This document shows positions 1 to 10,502 of a stretch of DNA of 64,000 nucleotides, piece after piece. The stretch comes from an uncultured cyanobacterium. Lineage in GTDB: Bacteria > Cyanobacteriota > Cyanobacteriia > PCC-9006 > JAAUQQ01. Position 1 is the stretch's first letter. Every line of letters begins with the position of its first letter. The notes beneath the pieces are model-generated. The model was not told the DNA's origin, did not search any database, and saw only the letters and a program-made list of their open reading frames with translations. The translations under genes were made by a program, and so were the position numbers. The DNA lies in NCBI GenBank assembly GCA_963718615.1, contig OY970368.1, positions 6,016,001 through 6,080,000 of the forward strand, written 5' to 3'.

Positions 1-2
1 GC

Positions 3-1250
3 TCCCTGGCGGCGTTGCAGGAGGATTATCAGAAGGCGGGGGGCGAACTGCTGATTGTCCAGGGGGCACCGGAGCGGCAGATTTTGGACCTGGCGCGATC
101 GCTCTCGGCCCAAGCGGTCTACTGGAATTGGGATGTGGAACCCTACGCCCAGGAGCGGGATGAGCGGGTGCGTCAAGGGCTCAAGGCCCATGGGATTGCG
201 GTGTATGGCGGTTGGGATCAGCTCCTCCATGCACCGGGGGAAGTGCGAACGGGCAAGGGCGATCCCTACACGGTGTATAGTCCCTTTTGGAAAAACTGGA
301 TTACGCAGGAAAAGGCCGCCCCAGTGGCAACATTGGTGGGGCTTGAAGGCTTGTCTAAGGCGGAGGAGGAGCGGGCCGCTGGCACGATTGCCTTGCCAAC
401 GCTCAAGGATCTGGGCTTCTCCTGGGAGGCTGAGTTGCTTTTGGCACCGGGCTCTGAGGCCGCCGCTGAGCAGTTAGATTATTTTTGTAATGAGGATCGG
501 GCGATCGCCACCTACGACGAACAGCGCAACTTCCCCGCAGTTGAGGGTACATCAATGCTGAGTGCGGCGCTCAAGTTTGGCACGATCGGCATTCGCCAGG
601 TTTGGCAAACGGCATCCGATGCCTACAACCGCTGTCGCAGCGACGAAACCCGCCAAGGCATTCGGACTTGGCAGCAAGAGCTGGCTTGGCGGGAGTTTTA
701 TCAGCACGCCCTGTATTTTTTCCCAGACTTGGCGGCGGGTCCCTATCGGCAGCAGTGGCAGGCATTCCCCTGGGAAAATAACGAAGACTATTTCCAGGCT
801 TGGTGTGAGGGCAACACGGGCTATCCGATTGTGGATGCGGCGATGCGTCAGCTCAATGAAACGGGTTGGATGCACAACCGCTGCCGAATGATTGTTGCTA
901 GTTTTCTGACGAAAGATTTGATCGTCGATTGGCGTTGGGGTGAGAAATATTTTATGCAGAAGCTGGTGGATGGGGATTTGTCTGCGAATAATGGCGGCTG
1001 GCAGTGGAGTGCGTCGAGTGGCATGGACCCAAAGCCGTTGCGCATTTTTAATCCCTATACCCAGGCGCAAAAGTTTGACCCGGAGGGGGAGTATATTCGC
1101 CAGTGGGTGCCGGAGTTGCGATCGGCGGATACGGGGTCGATTTTGACGGGGAAGTTGGGGGCTTTGGAACGGGGGGATTATCCGGGGGCGATCGTGGACC
1201 ACAAGGAGCGGCAGCAGCGGTTTAAGGCGCTGTATGCTTCGGTAAAGTAA
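3..1250 (+). CDS. phrA: CPD DNA photolyase (5' end outside window)
   Basis: Frame open from window edge; FAD-binding motifs [11 protein letters not shown], [58 protein letters not shown]. Confidence 0.93.
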   Translation, partial: SLAALQEDYQKAGGELLIVQGAPERQILDLARSLSAQAVYWNWDVEPYAQERDERVRQGLKAHGIAVYGGWDQLLHAPGEVRTGKGDPYTVYSPFWKNWITQEKAAPVATLVGLEGLSKAEEERAAGTIALPTLKDLGFSWEAELLLAPGSEAAAEQLDYFCNEDRAIATYDEQRNFPAVEGTSMLSAALKFGTIGIRQVWQTASDAYNRCRSDETRQGIRTWQQELAWREFYQHALYFFPDLAAGPYRQQWQAFPWENNEDYFQAWCEGNTGYPIVDAAMRQLNETGWMHNRCRMIVASFLTKDLIVDWRWGEKYFMQKLVDGDLSANNGGWQWSASSGMDPKPLRIFNPYTQAQKFDPEGEYIRQWVPELRSADTGSILTGKLGALERGDYPGAIVDHKERQQRFKALYASVK

Positions 1251-1569
1251 CGCTTTTTCAAGACAGCCTAGGCCACTGCTATAACGCAAATTTCTCTGGA
1301 CTCATATCGATGATGGCTTGTCATGAAAGAACGTTTGTGCTGTCCATGCTGGTCCTAGATTCAAGGGATTAGACGGAAATCTGTGCAAAGATTTTTGAAG
1401 CAACAACCTTCTGGCATCGTCATATCCAGGGAATTTGGGATATTATACACGATGGTTTTCTATCTAATAATTGCTCAAAACGTGGTACGAGAATACAGTC
1501 GAGTGTCAGGTTGTGGTTAAATCTTAATGAGGGCTGTTAGTTATATTCCGAGCTGTTGAAAGTGTCATC

Positions 1570-2613
1570 ATGAACCATACAAAAGCAAAGTCTGACGATA
1601 CTTGGATTCAGCAAGTGAACGAATCCCTTCGTATGCCACAAAATACAAGGAAGGAAAGGGTTATTGACCTTTTTGCTGGCTGTGGTGGGTTGGCCCTTGG
1701 CTTTGAAGCAATGGGATTCATGACTCACGGCTTTGAAGCAAATCCAGACTGTGTAGAAACATACAATCTCAACCTTGCTGGTGAATGTGTACGCGAATAT
1801 TTGACACCAAAGACTCGATATCCTGAGGCAGAAATTGTGATTGGTGGACCTCCATGTCAACCATTTAGTGTGGGAGGTAATCAAAAAGGGCTAGAAGATT
1901 CTAGAGACGGATTTCCTGCTTGTATTGCCGCTGTCGAGCAGCTAAGTCCATGCGTTTTCTTATTCGAGAACGTTCGGGGGCTTCTCTATCGCAATAAGTG
2001 TTATTTTCAGCAGATCAGGAATAAGTTAGAGAACCTCGGCTACATCGTCGAAGCACAACTGCTCAATGCAAAACATCATAGTGTTCCTCAGAACAGAGAG
2101 CGTGTGATTGTAGTTGGTCATCGTGGAGGCTTCAAGTTTCCAGCTCCTCACACCCAAATTATCTCAGCCGGGACTGCCCTAGGCTCTATGTTTGAGCAAG
2201 TACCTGATAATGCTAAGTGGTTAACCCCAAGTATGGATGCATACATTGCCAAATATGAAAAGGCAAGTTGTTGTAAAACCCCCCGTGATCTGCACTATGA
2301 CCGACCAGCCAGGACAGTGACTTGTCGAAACCTTGCTGGTGCGACAGGAGACATGCACCGTATACGCTTACCTGATGGGCGTCGCAGACGTATTACTATC
2401 AGAGAAGCGGCTCGGCTTCAGTCTTTCCCAGACTGGTTTGAGTTTACTGGTAGCGAAACTGACCAGTATTATCAGGTGGGAAATGCTGTCGCCCCTTTAT
2501 TTGCGAAAGCCCTTGCTCGGTCTGTCATAGACTACCTGGATAGAGGTGCAAAATATACTCACCAGGAAGTGATGGAAGGCAAGGGAGCAATCAAGCAATT
2601 GGCTCTTTTTTAG
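1570..2613 (+). CDS. DNA (cytosine-5)-methyltransferase
   Basis: Motif I DLFAGCGG, motif IV GGPPCQPFS, motif VI FENVRGL, motif VIII PQNRERV, motifs IX/X REAARLQSFPD...QVGNAV. Confidence 0.95.
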   Translation: MNHTKAKSDDTWIQQVNESLRMPQNTRKERVIDLFAGCGGLALGFEAMGFMTHGFEANPDCVETYNLNLAGECVREYLTPKTRYPEAEIVIGGPPCQPFSVGGNQKGLEDSRDGFPACIAAVEQLSPCVFLFENVRGLLYRNKCYFQQIRNKLENLGYIVEAQLLNAKHHSVPQNRERVIVVGHRGGFKFPAPHTQIISAGTALGSMFEQVPDNAKWLTPSMDAYIAKYEKASCCKTPRDLHYDRPARTVTCRNLAGATGDMHRIRLPDGRRRRITIREAARLQSFPDWFEFTGSETDQYYQVGNAVAPLFAKALARSVIDYLDRGAKYTHQEVMEGKGAIKQLALF

Positions 2614-2620
2614 CAACGAC

Positions 2621-3643
2621 ATGGCTTCTTACAGTTTGATTCGTTTCACTGGCTCCAAAACAGAGCCGCAACAAAGAAAAATATTAGAGGCAGTTGAAAT
2701 TCTTAGTCGATTAGGTATCCCCCTTGAGAAATTGTTTACATCCAAGCAATGGCGGAGAGTGGAGAGGCTAGCACTTGTCCTGCTTAGTCTTGGTGATGTA
2801 CGCCCTGATACACCTTGGTTATCGGTCAAAAGTAGGGACGATGGTATTTCTATAACTACAAGAAACATAATTGATTTCATCAATGAGCATTACTCAGAAT
2901 CCATAAGTAAAGGCTCTTATGATGATTTCAAGCGGAAGGAGATAGATCTACTCCTTCCCGACTCAATCGTTATTCCTGGATTTGTTGAGCGATCTGCCGT
3001 TAATGATAGCAGAAGCGGGTATGCCGTTTGTCCTACTCACGTTGAAGCTATTCGTAAATTTGGTACCCCTGACTGGGATGCTGCTGTTGAAAGCCTTCTT
3101 GCAGGAAAAGTGTCATTGCGACAGCGGCTAGATGCTAGGCGAGATCTTTCCATGATCTCGATTACTCTACCAGGAGGATTAGATCTATCTTTCACTCCTG
3201 GCAAGCATAATGAATTACAAAAAGCAATCATTGAGCAATTTCTCCCCAGGTATGGTTATGGTTGTGAAGTTCTCTACATAGGGGACAGTTCTGATAAATA
3301 CCTACACCTTGATCGTGAGAAGCTATTAGAACTCAGCTTTTCTGAGCTTAGTCATGAGGAATTGCCTGATATAATTGCCTTCTCTAAGCAAAAGGCTTGG
3401 ATTTACTTGATTGAGTCGGTTACCAGTTTTGGAGAAATTTCTCAGATTAGGAAACTCGAGCTTGAAAGAATTACGGAGAATTGTGTCAATCCTGTAGTTT
3501 TTGTGACTGCTTTTCCTGATCGTGCTACTTACAGAAAACACTGTGCTAACTTAGCATGGGAAACTGAAGTTTGGATTGCGAGTGATCCTGATCATCTTAT
3601 TCACCTAAATGGTCCTAAATTTCTTGGTCCCTATGTAGGGTGA
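2621..3643 (+). CDS. BsuBI/PstI-family type II restriction endonuclease
   Basis: C-terminal signature PGKHNELQKAIIEQFLPRY...YIGD...LPDII...LIESVTSFG...FVTAFPDR...LAWETEVWIASDPDHLIHLNG; starts 7 bp after the MTase. Confidence 0.88.
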   Translation: MASYSLIRFTGSKTEPQQRKILEAVEILSRLGIPLEKLFTSKQWRRVERLALVLLSLGDVRPDTPWLSVKSRDDGISITTRNIIDFINEHYSESISKGSYDDFKRKEIDLLLPDSIVIPGFVERSAVNDSRSGYAVCPTHVEAIRKFGTPDWDAAVESLLAGKVSLRQRLDARRDLSMISITLPGGLDLSFTPGKHNELQKAIIEQFLPRYGYGCEVLYIGDSSDKYLHLDREKLLELSFSELSHEELPDIIAFSKQKAWIYLIESVTSFGEISQIRKLELERITENCVNPVVFVTAFPDRATYRKHCANLAWETEVWIASDPDHLIHLNGPKFLGPYVG

Positions 3644-4061
3644 GAGATTATTGTTTTTCGATGAGCAAAATTTAAGAAAACACCTTCGTTTACAAAGCCA
3701 CCCAATACTGTGCTGCAATGGACGGAAAAAAGACGTGGATTTATATCTGTTTTTTATTCTGATCTTGGCGATAAAGGTTATTAATACTAGCCCAATCGAG
3801 ATGCTCGGATTGTGGGCCAAGGGCATGATTGCCTTTGATCCAGCGCTGGTGCTCCATTGCCGATGCGGTTTGATGGACGCTATCTGATTCGGGGCGATCG
3901 CAACGAAAGTGCGCCCCCAGCGACCATTTCTAAATAGCCAAGCGCCATCTATAGTTTACGCAAATTGTTGGCCAGGGCTTGACTGGAGTCCTGGTGCCCT
4001 TATAGGATAGGGACGGAATGTAAACTGAAATTGGCAAAACTTGCAAACGTGGAGCCCGGTT

Positions 4062-5051
4062 ATGAGCCAAGCCTCGAAGGACAGTAAAGCCAGGATTATG
4101 CAGGCATTTGGGCAAATCCTGGCGGAGCGTCAACCGCTGGATGCCAAAATTGCGACCAAGGAAGAAGAGGCTGAACAGGCCCAAAATACCGAAATCCTTG
4201 CCCGTGCCTTGCAATACACCGCCGACAACATCGTCCGAGGACTCGCGGACTTACAGCTTGAGTTTGGCGAGACGGTTGGGGGAATGGTGACTTGTCTAGA
4301 GGGCGAAACCGAGAAGCTGGATGAGTTGCAGCGGGCGATCGCCACAGAAACGGATCGCCTCGACACCCTACGTAAAGTTCGCACCGTTGCTGATGCACTC
4401 CATTTGCTGACTCAGGAGCACCAGGAACATCTACGACAACTGGAGTCTGCTTTTTCGCAGGATGGCCAAGCCCTCGAAAAAGCCCGAGCAGAGGTCCATC
4501 AGCAGTGGGAGCGGGAGCAGGTAGAGCACAGGGTTCAACAGGAAGAACGTCAATCCTTGCAACAACAACTCCGAGCCACCCAGGAGGCGGACTATGGGTA
4601 TGAAACGGCGCGATCGCGTCAGATTGCCCTCGACAACTACGAAACCATGCAGCGGCAGCGATTGCGGCAGCTAGAAGAGCACCGCCAATCCCTAGAGCGC
4701 GACTGGACGGAACGAGAACAGGAATGGACTCGTCAGGAGGCGCTGAGGTTGGATTATCAACAACGGGCAGAGGCCTTTCCTGAGGAACTCGAAGCCGCGA
4801 TTCGGGAAGCGCGGGAAGAGGCAATTCGCGAGGTCTCTCAAGAGGCTCGGATCAAGGTGGAACTGGCGACCAAAGACTACGAATCGGCCCAACAACGCCA
4901 CGGATTCCAGATCGAATCCCTGGAGGCCAAAATTGCTCAGCAGTCTGCTCAGATTGAGGATTTATCCCAGCAGTTGCAACAGGCCATGCAGCAGTCCCAA
5001 GCCTTGGCTTTGCGGGCTTTTGAATCCTCCGCTGAACGGCTCAATCGTTAA
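4062..5051 (+). CDS. Coiled-coil-rich protein (first of a tandem pair, putative filament-forming)
   Basis: ATG at 4062 preferred over TTG 4041; Glu/Gln/Arg-rich heptads throughout; C-terminus similar to downstream partner (QSQALALRAFE vs QVQDLAVKAID). Confidence 0.8.
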   Translation: MSQASKDSKARIMQAFGQILAERQPLDAKIATKEEEAEQAQNTEILARALQYTADNIVRGLADLQLEFGETVGGMVTCLEGETEKLDELQRAIATETDRLDTLRKVRTVADALHLLTQEHQEHLRQLESAFSQDGQALEKARAEVHQQWEREQVEHRVQQEERQSLQQQLRATQEADYGYETARSRQIALDNYETMQRQRLRQLEEHRQSLERDWTEREQEWTRQEALRLDYQQRAEAFPEELEAAIREAREEAIREVSQEARIKVELATKDYESAQQRHGFQIESLEAKIAQQSAQIEDLSQQLQQAMQQSQALALRAFESSAERLNR

Positions 5052-5103
5052 TTAAAATCAATCGTTGAAATCAATCGTTAATTCAAACTAGGGACGATCG
5101 ATC

Positions 5104-6243
5104 ATGACAACCAAACGGGTTTCTCCGAAAAATACAAAAACCGAAATTCTGGAGGCCTACGAGCAGGTTCTTAAGGAAAAACGTGACCTTGAAAAGCAAT
5201 TGAAAACGGGAGCTAGTGTAGATACGATCGCCAACGATCGCACCTCTCTCGAAACCCAACCCCATCTCGAAACCCAACCCCATCTTGAAACAAAGGTCGA
5301 GGCGGTCGAAGCGATCGCCCCCATCATTCCCTTCGGTATTATGCCCCATAATCCTAGCCTTGACCTGATTATTCATACCCTCAACCAGCTTCAAGGGCAT
5401 GTGGGCGGTGCCATCAGTGGTCTTTCTGAACAACTGGTTTCTAGAGCCTTGGCCCTGCAATCGCTGCAAACCGACTTGACGGAGGAGACTGAACAATTAC
5501 AGCGGTTGCACGACCTAGCGGTTGATGACGTTGACTTGGATGAGCTGATTCAGCGCTATGATGAAACCTCAAAGGCGCTTCATGAGACCTTTGAAGGCCG
5601 TCAAAAGACGCTAGAACAAGAATTTAACGATAGTCGAATCGCCTGGGAAAAAGAGCAGGAAGACTATCGACGGCAGCTCAAAATCCGCAATGAAACCTTA
5701 GCTAAATTAGGGCAGCGGGACGAACAAGAATATCGCTATGGCTTAACGTTACACCGTCAGGTCTCTGATGAAGAATTTGACCAAATCCAGCAGCAGCGCT
5801 ATCAGGAACTGGCCGATCTTGAGGCGCAGCAGGAAAAGGCATGGGATGTGCGGGAGCAGGCGATCGCCCAGCGCGAGCAGGAACTGGCAGAGCTCAAAGC
5901 CAAGGTGGACAGCTTCGAGCAAACGAGGGAAACCTCGCTCAAAAAAGCCAAGGAAGAAGGTCGCGGCATTGCACACCATCAAGCGAAGGTTCGTGCCGAT
6001 TTAGCAGCGAAGGATTTTGAAGCTGAGGAACGTAGTGCCCAACTCCGGATCACGGCGTTGCAAGAAACCATCGCTAGCCAAACCACCCGCATTGAAATCC
6101 TCACGACCCAGCTATCAAAGGCATTACAGCAGGTTCAAGACCTAGCGGTTAAGGCCATCGACGGTGCCGCCAATGCCAACTCGCTCCAAGCCATGAAGGA
6201 AATCGCTTTGGAACAGGCCAAGGGGCAAAATAAGCCGAAATAA
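5104..6243 (+). CDS. Coiled-coil-rich protein (second of pair)
   Basis: 379 aa, N-terminal KNTKTEILEAYEQVLKE, long coiled coil, paralogous to the upstream gene. Confidence 0.8.
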   Translation: MTTKRVSPKNTKTEILEAYEQVLKEKRDLEKQLKTGASVDTIANDRTSLETQPHLETQPHLETKVEAVEAIAPIIPFGIMPHNPSLDLIIHTLNQLQGHVGGAISGLSEQLVSRALALQSLQTDLTEETEQLQRLHDLAVDDVDLDELIQRYDETSKALHETFEGRQKTLEQEFNDSRIAWEKEQEDYRRQLKIRNETLAKLGQRDEQEYRYGLTLHRQVSDEEFDQIQQQRYQELADLEAQQEKAWDVREQAIAQREQELAELKAKVDSFEQTRETSLKKAKEEGRGIAHHQAKVRADLAAKDFEAEERSAQLRITALQETIASQTTRIEILTTQLSKALQQVQDLAVKAIDGAANANSLQAMKEIALEQAKGQNKPK

Positions 6244-6245
6244 CG

Positions 6246-6857
6246 TCACCAAACAGGTTGCAAAACCAACGTTCGACGATCAGTGGGAACAGTCGGGCGT
6301 CGGGGGGCTGGGACTTCCACCGCTGTTCTAGAAGCTGCGGGTCTCCAGACGGTCTGGCCTCGATGACGAGGACGGGTAAACCGCGATCGCTGTCGGGTTC
6401 GTGCAGTCGGGGCTTGGTACTCCGGCCAACGGGGAGTTTCCGCCCAGCGGGATTGCATCAGCCATAGGCGTTGCAACAGCAAGGGGAGAGAGGCACCAAA
6501 CCAAACCGTCAGAAATAGGAGCACATAGAACTGCGCGTTGGCTTGGGGGTGGGGGGCCGATGGTTGTCGGCGATTGCCACTCCATTCTGGTGCAAAATCA
6601 GTCGCCAGAGGCGGGATGACCGTGGCCCACTGGGCAGTGGCCGCCAAATTGACTCCACCCCTAACTCCACCCCTGACTCCACCAAGGCCAAGGGCCGCAA
6701 CCTGGGTAGGGGCGGGTTGCACAGCCATCGCAGCGGTCCGATGCGGCTGCGCTGCCGTTGTTCCTATCAAAGTGCCTGCTGCGGAGCCAACGGTGGCCCC
6801 TACCATCGCAGCCGTTACAGTTAGAGTTCGCAAGGCTATCTCGATCCCTTCATTCAA
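6246..6857 (-). CDS. Hypothetical membrane-associated protein
   Basis: 203 aa, hydrophobic Ala/Gly N-terminus, one TM segment (FYVLLFLTVWFGASLPLLL), basic tail; no family recognised. Confidence 0.45.
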   Translation of the reverse strand: MNEGIEIALRTLTVTAAMVGATVGSAAGTLIGTTAAQPHRTAAMAVQPAPTQVAALGLGGVRGGVRGGVNLAATAQWATVIPPLATDFAPEWSGNRRQPSAPHPQANAQFYVLLFLTVWFGASLPLLLQRLWLMQSRWAETPRWPEYQAPTARTRQRSRFTRPRHRGQTVWRPAASRTAVEVPAPRRPTVPTDRRTLVLQPVW

Positions 6858-7074
6858 CAGAGTTCAACAGAGTATGGACGCTGCACCGAGACCCGATCTC
6901 CAACGGCTCTGAATAAAAAGCTACCGTCGAATTAAAATATATCACTGAGTTTTCCCGCCGAGGTGCTCTTTTTGGCATCCTTGCAAAAAATTTATTTAGT
7001 CTGGGAAATTGGGCAATCTGATATAGAGACGGGTTATCTTTGCATTTCCTGCGCCACCTAGCGTAACAGCAGCC

Positions 7075-10000
7075 ATGCCCACGCGGATTTGGAAGTTTTT
7101 GACCACCGACATTAAGGGCCTCGTTGCAGGAGAGACAGGCTCCGTTGGCCTTGAAGCGGCGAATGGGGTATTACGGTTAGCAGCGAAGCTTCAAAGCGAA
7201 GGCCCCCAGTCCCAGGAGTTGGGACCCATGGTAGGGCAGATCACGTCACTATTAGATATTTTTAACTTACCCCTGGGGAAATTTATTTCCGTTCATTTGC
7301 CCTATGAGGCGATCGCCGGGGATTTGCTCCAGTTCTACCGCGACAAAACCCAAAAAGAGCCCAGCCTCGGCCATTGTGTCTGTCTGATCAGCCAAGCTGC
7401 CTACCTCGAAAGCATCACCACGCTACTGGGCAGTCCCAAACTTCGCCCTTGGATTCAGCAAGTTGGTCAAGAGCCCGTTTCGCCTCGGGTGGCGGAGGGG
7501 CTGCACCAGTTGGGCAAGCTGATTCTGTCTGAAGAAGATGTACGGATTGCCATTATTGATTTTGGCAACTGTCGGTTGGCGCGGGCTTTTACCCAATTAT
7601 TTTTGACAAGATTGACGCAATTGGGGCTGAAGGCAGATTCGGCTCGGGCGATCGCCCAGCGGGCCACCCAGCTCACCGAGCAGCGCATGCGGGCTCCCCT
7701 CAAAAACTCCGGGGAGCGGGTGCAGCGGTTGATCGAGTGGTATCGCATTGGGGGACGGGCGGCGCTGCGCACCTACCTCAGCATCGATGCCTATTTGCAT
7801 GAGATGATCCGTCCGATGGGTGACGAAAATCCCGAGAGCTTTTCGATTCAGGAACTGTATGTGCCCCCCCAGGCCCAGCTTCTGGCTCGGGATGGCAAGC
7901 CGCGATCGGAGCAGATGACGCTGTCCTTGCAGCAATGGGTTCAAGATTGGCTCGACAATCCCCGGCGGCTGGAGCAAGTTCTCTTTATTGAAGGCGAGGC
8001 GGGACGAGGCAAAACCACGTTTTGCCAAATGTTTGCCGATTGGGCCAGAATTCACCTGCATCCTAACTGGACGCCGATCTTGGTCCAGGTTCGTGATGTG
8101 CCGCCCCCTGGAAAACCATTGGAAAGCTGGCGATTTGACGATTGGCTCAGTCAGGCGATCGGTCGTGATTTTACCCAAGATGATCCCAACTGGTTAGCTG
8201 CTGCCAATGTTCGATTTTTGTTCATTATAGATGGTGTGGATACCCTGGGGCTCAGCCAGCAGCCGGGGGCGACGCTGGAGCAATTTTTGGAGCAGGTCGG
8301 CCAATTTCAGAAAAACTGTGCCAGTTATTTGGAGCGAGAGCATCGGGTTTTGTTGACGGGGCGATCGCTCTCCCTGCTCGATCGTCAGCTCAGTGTTCCG
8401 GACAATATTGAGCGGCTGGAAATCCTGCCCATGGACGATGCCTTACAACGGGGGTGGCTGCAGCAACTGGCCAAGCGGGCGGGGTTTCGTCCGGAGCAAC
8501 TGAAGGAGTTTTTGACTGATCCACTCCTGCCCCAAAGCATCCGCGACCTTAGCCAAGAGCCACTGTTTTTGGGATTTTTGGCGGCGATGTTTTATGGGGG
8601 CGTCTTGGACGCCAGCAGTTTTGAAGCGGTGAGTGAGGCGGGGGCCAAGGTTAAGTTTTTTACACAACTGATGGATTGGGTGATTGCCCAATCGGAAATT
8701 TCGCCTCTGGGTCTGACACCGGAGCAGCTACGGCTGATGTTGCGGGAGGCGGGGTTGTGTAGCGTTCAGCTCGGGACCGAGACGGTGCCGCTGCGGGTCA
8801 TTGAAAAGCGATTGGCCGGGGGCGATGATGGCGCGATGCCGGAAATTTCAACCCTAGAGACTGAACCTGAGGAACTCTCTGCACCGTTGCCGGGGACACT
8901 GGTGATTCGACCGGCGATGATGCCCCTGCCCATCGCCACGATTCAGGCCGATCTCAAGACGCAGCATGTGGCGGCACTGACCCTCAGCCATCGCAGCTTT
9001 AGCCAGTTTCTCTTCGCTGAACAACTCTGCATTGGCCTGGAACAATGGTCGAGGTTGCGAAATCCCGGCACTGAAACGGCGGATGTGGATTGGGAAATTT
9101 ATGATCTCTTGGGCTACGGCGGTTTGACCCAGGAGATTGTCCAGGGTTTATTGGTGTTGCTCGATCGCAGCCCCACGTTTGAACCGGAAGCGCTGTTCCA
9201 TCGACTTCAGGATTTTTATTTGCGGTGGGCGAATGGCAGCATTATTGATGAACATCCACCGACCTTGCCCCAGCGTAAGATGCAGCAATTGCGCCGTCAA
9301 CAGCAGTACCGAGAGCAACCCTTAGGACAGCGGCAGGTGGATGCCTATACGGGGTTTAATGTGATGGTGTTGCTGCTAGAACTCAATCGCTATGGGCGGG
9401 TGCGAGACGAACTCAAACAAAAGATCATTTTTTATCCCACAGGACGAGCCACCAAGGCTCCGGAACGATTACTGAATATTATTCAGTATGGCCAATGTGT
9501 TGGGCCTCAATCCTTTGGGCGTATTGTGGGTCCATTTCTGAGTGGTGTTCACCTCAGCGGAGCCAATCTCAGCGGGACGGATTTGCGAGGCGTTAATCTG
9601 AGTGGTGCGGACCTGAGCGGTACCAATCTCAGCGGGACGGATTTACGGCAAGCGGATTTGCGCGGTGCGGATTTGAGTGGGGCCAATCTGAGTGGGGCCA
9701 ATCTCGATGGGGCCAATCTGCGGCGGGTATCCCTCAGTCGGGCCATGCTTGCCGGTGCAACCTTAATTCGGGCATTGCTGAGCAATGCGGATATGATTGG
9801 TGCCCTGTTCCATGGTGCGGATTTGAGCGGTGCGGATTTGAGTTTGGCAGATTTGAGTTTGGCAGATTTGCGAGGTGCGGTTTTGAATCAGGCGGATTTG
9901 AGCTTAGCGGATTTGCGCAGTGCCAGTCTCAACTGTGCGTCGCTCCAAAAGGCATTACTCAACCGAGCCTCGTTTAACAGTGCGGATCTTCGCTGTGCAG

Positions 10001-10284
10001 AACTTTGTGGGGCAAATTTGAGCTTGGCGGATCTGAGCCAAGCCAACTTGAGCTTGGCGGATCTGAGCCAAGCCAACTTGAGCTTGGCGGATCTGAGTCA
10101 AGCCAACCTTACGAGTGCAGTTGTGCGAGGAACTGATTTAAGCGGGGCGGACTTAACGCGGGCGCAATTGCAATCAATTGTCTCCGATGAACATACCCAG
10201 TGGGAAGGGGTGCGGGGGGTGGAGCGATCGCTCCTGATCGCCGACGATTGGTTAGCGGATTCCAATCTTCCCCTGCTGAGCTAG
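7075..10284 (+). CDS. NACHT/STAND NTPase with C-terminal pentapeptide repeats
   Basis: Walker A GEAGRGKTTF, Walker B LFIIDGVD, LLTGR sensor motif, then ~40 A(D/N)LxX pentapeptides. Confidence 0.88.
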   Translation: MPTRIWKFLTTDIKGLVAGETGSVGLEAANGVLRLAAKLQSEGPQSQELGPMVGQITSLLDIFNLPLGKFISVHLPYEAIAGDLLQFYRDKTQKEPSLGHCVCLISQAAYLESITTLLGSPKLRPWIQQVGQEPVSPRVAEGLHQLGKLILSEEDVRIAIIDFGNCRLARAFTQLFLTRLTQLGLKADSARAIAQRATQLTEQRMRAPLKNSGERVQRLIEWYRIGGRAALRTYLSIDAYLHEMIRPMGDENPESFSIQELYVPPQAQLLARDGKPRSEQMTLSLQQWVQDWLDNPRRLEQVLFIEGEAGRGKTTFCQMFADWARIHLHPNWTPILVQVRDVPPPGKPLESWRFDDWLSQAIGRDFTQDDPNWLAAANVRFLFIIDGVDTLGLSQQPGATLEQFLEQVGQFQKNCASYLEREHRVLLTGRSLSLLDRQLSVPDNIERLEILPMDDALQRGWLQQLAKRAGFRPEQLKEFLTDPLLPQSIRDLSQEPLFLGFLAAMFYGGVLDASSFEAVSEAGAKVKFFTQLMDWVIAQSEISPLGLTPEQLRLMLREAGLCSVQLGTETVPLRVIEKRLAGGDDGAMPEISTLETEPEELSAPLPGTLVIRPAMMPLPIATIQADLKTQHVAALTLSHRSFSQFLFAEQLCIGLEQWSRLRNPGTETADVDWEIYDLLGYGGLTQEIVQGLLVLLDRSPTFEPEALFHRLQDFYLRWANGSIIDEHPPTLPQRKMQQLRRQQQYREQPLGQRQVDAYTGFNVMVLLLELNRYGRVRDELKQKIIFYPTGRATKAPERLLNIIQYGQCVGPQSFGRIVGPFLSGVHLSGANLSGTDLRGVNLSGADLSGTNLSGTDLRQADLRGADLSGANLSGANLDGANLRRVSLSRAMLAGATLIRALLSNADMIGALFHGADLSGADLSLADLSLADLRGAVLNQADLSLADLRSASLNCASLQKALLNRASFNSADLRCAELCGANLSLADLSQANLSLADLSQANLSLADLSQANLTSAVVRGTDLSGADLTRAQLQSIVSDEHTQWEGVRGVERSLLIADDWLADSNLPLLS
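10021..10109 (+). repeat. 30-bp in-frame tandem triplication in pentapeptide region
   Basis: AGCTTGGCGGATCTGAG(C/T)CAAGCCAAC(T/C)T x3 (SLADLSQANL). Confidence 0.85.
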
Positions 10285-10502
10285 GGCATGAGGATAAACA
10301 GTTTCATCATGACCTCGCATTGTCCCTAGAAAATTTTCTAACTTTACCCAAGATGGGCAAACGCCTAAAGATTGCGTGAAGTCCAAGAAGAGTCCCAGAA
10401 AATTTATGTATAAAAAGGCATTATCAGTCGAATAAAGTTTCGGTAATCACCACTAGGCTAAATCCGGCTCTTCCTCCGCTCTCCCTTTATCTCCATTTCT
10501 CT

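Noticed and set aside
3651-3887. 78-aa ORF after the REase
   Set aside because: TTG start, no motif, spans a composition boundary
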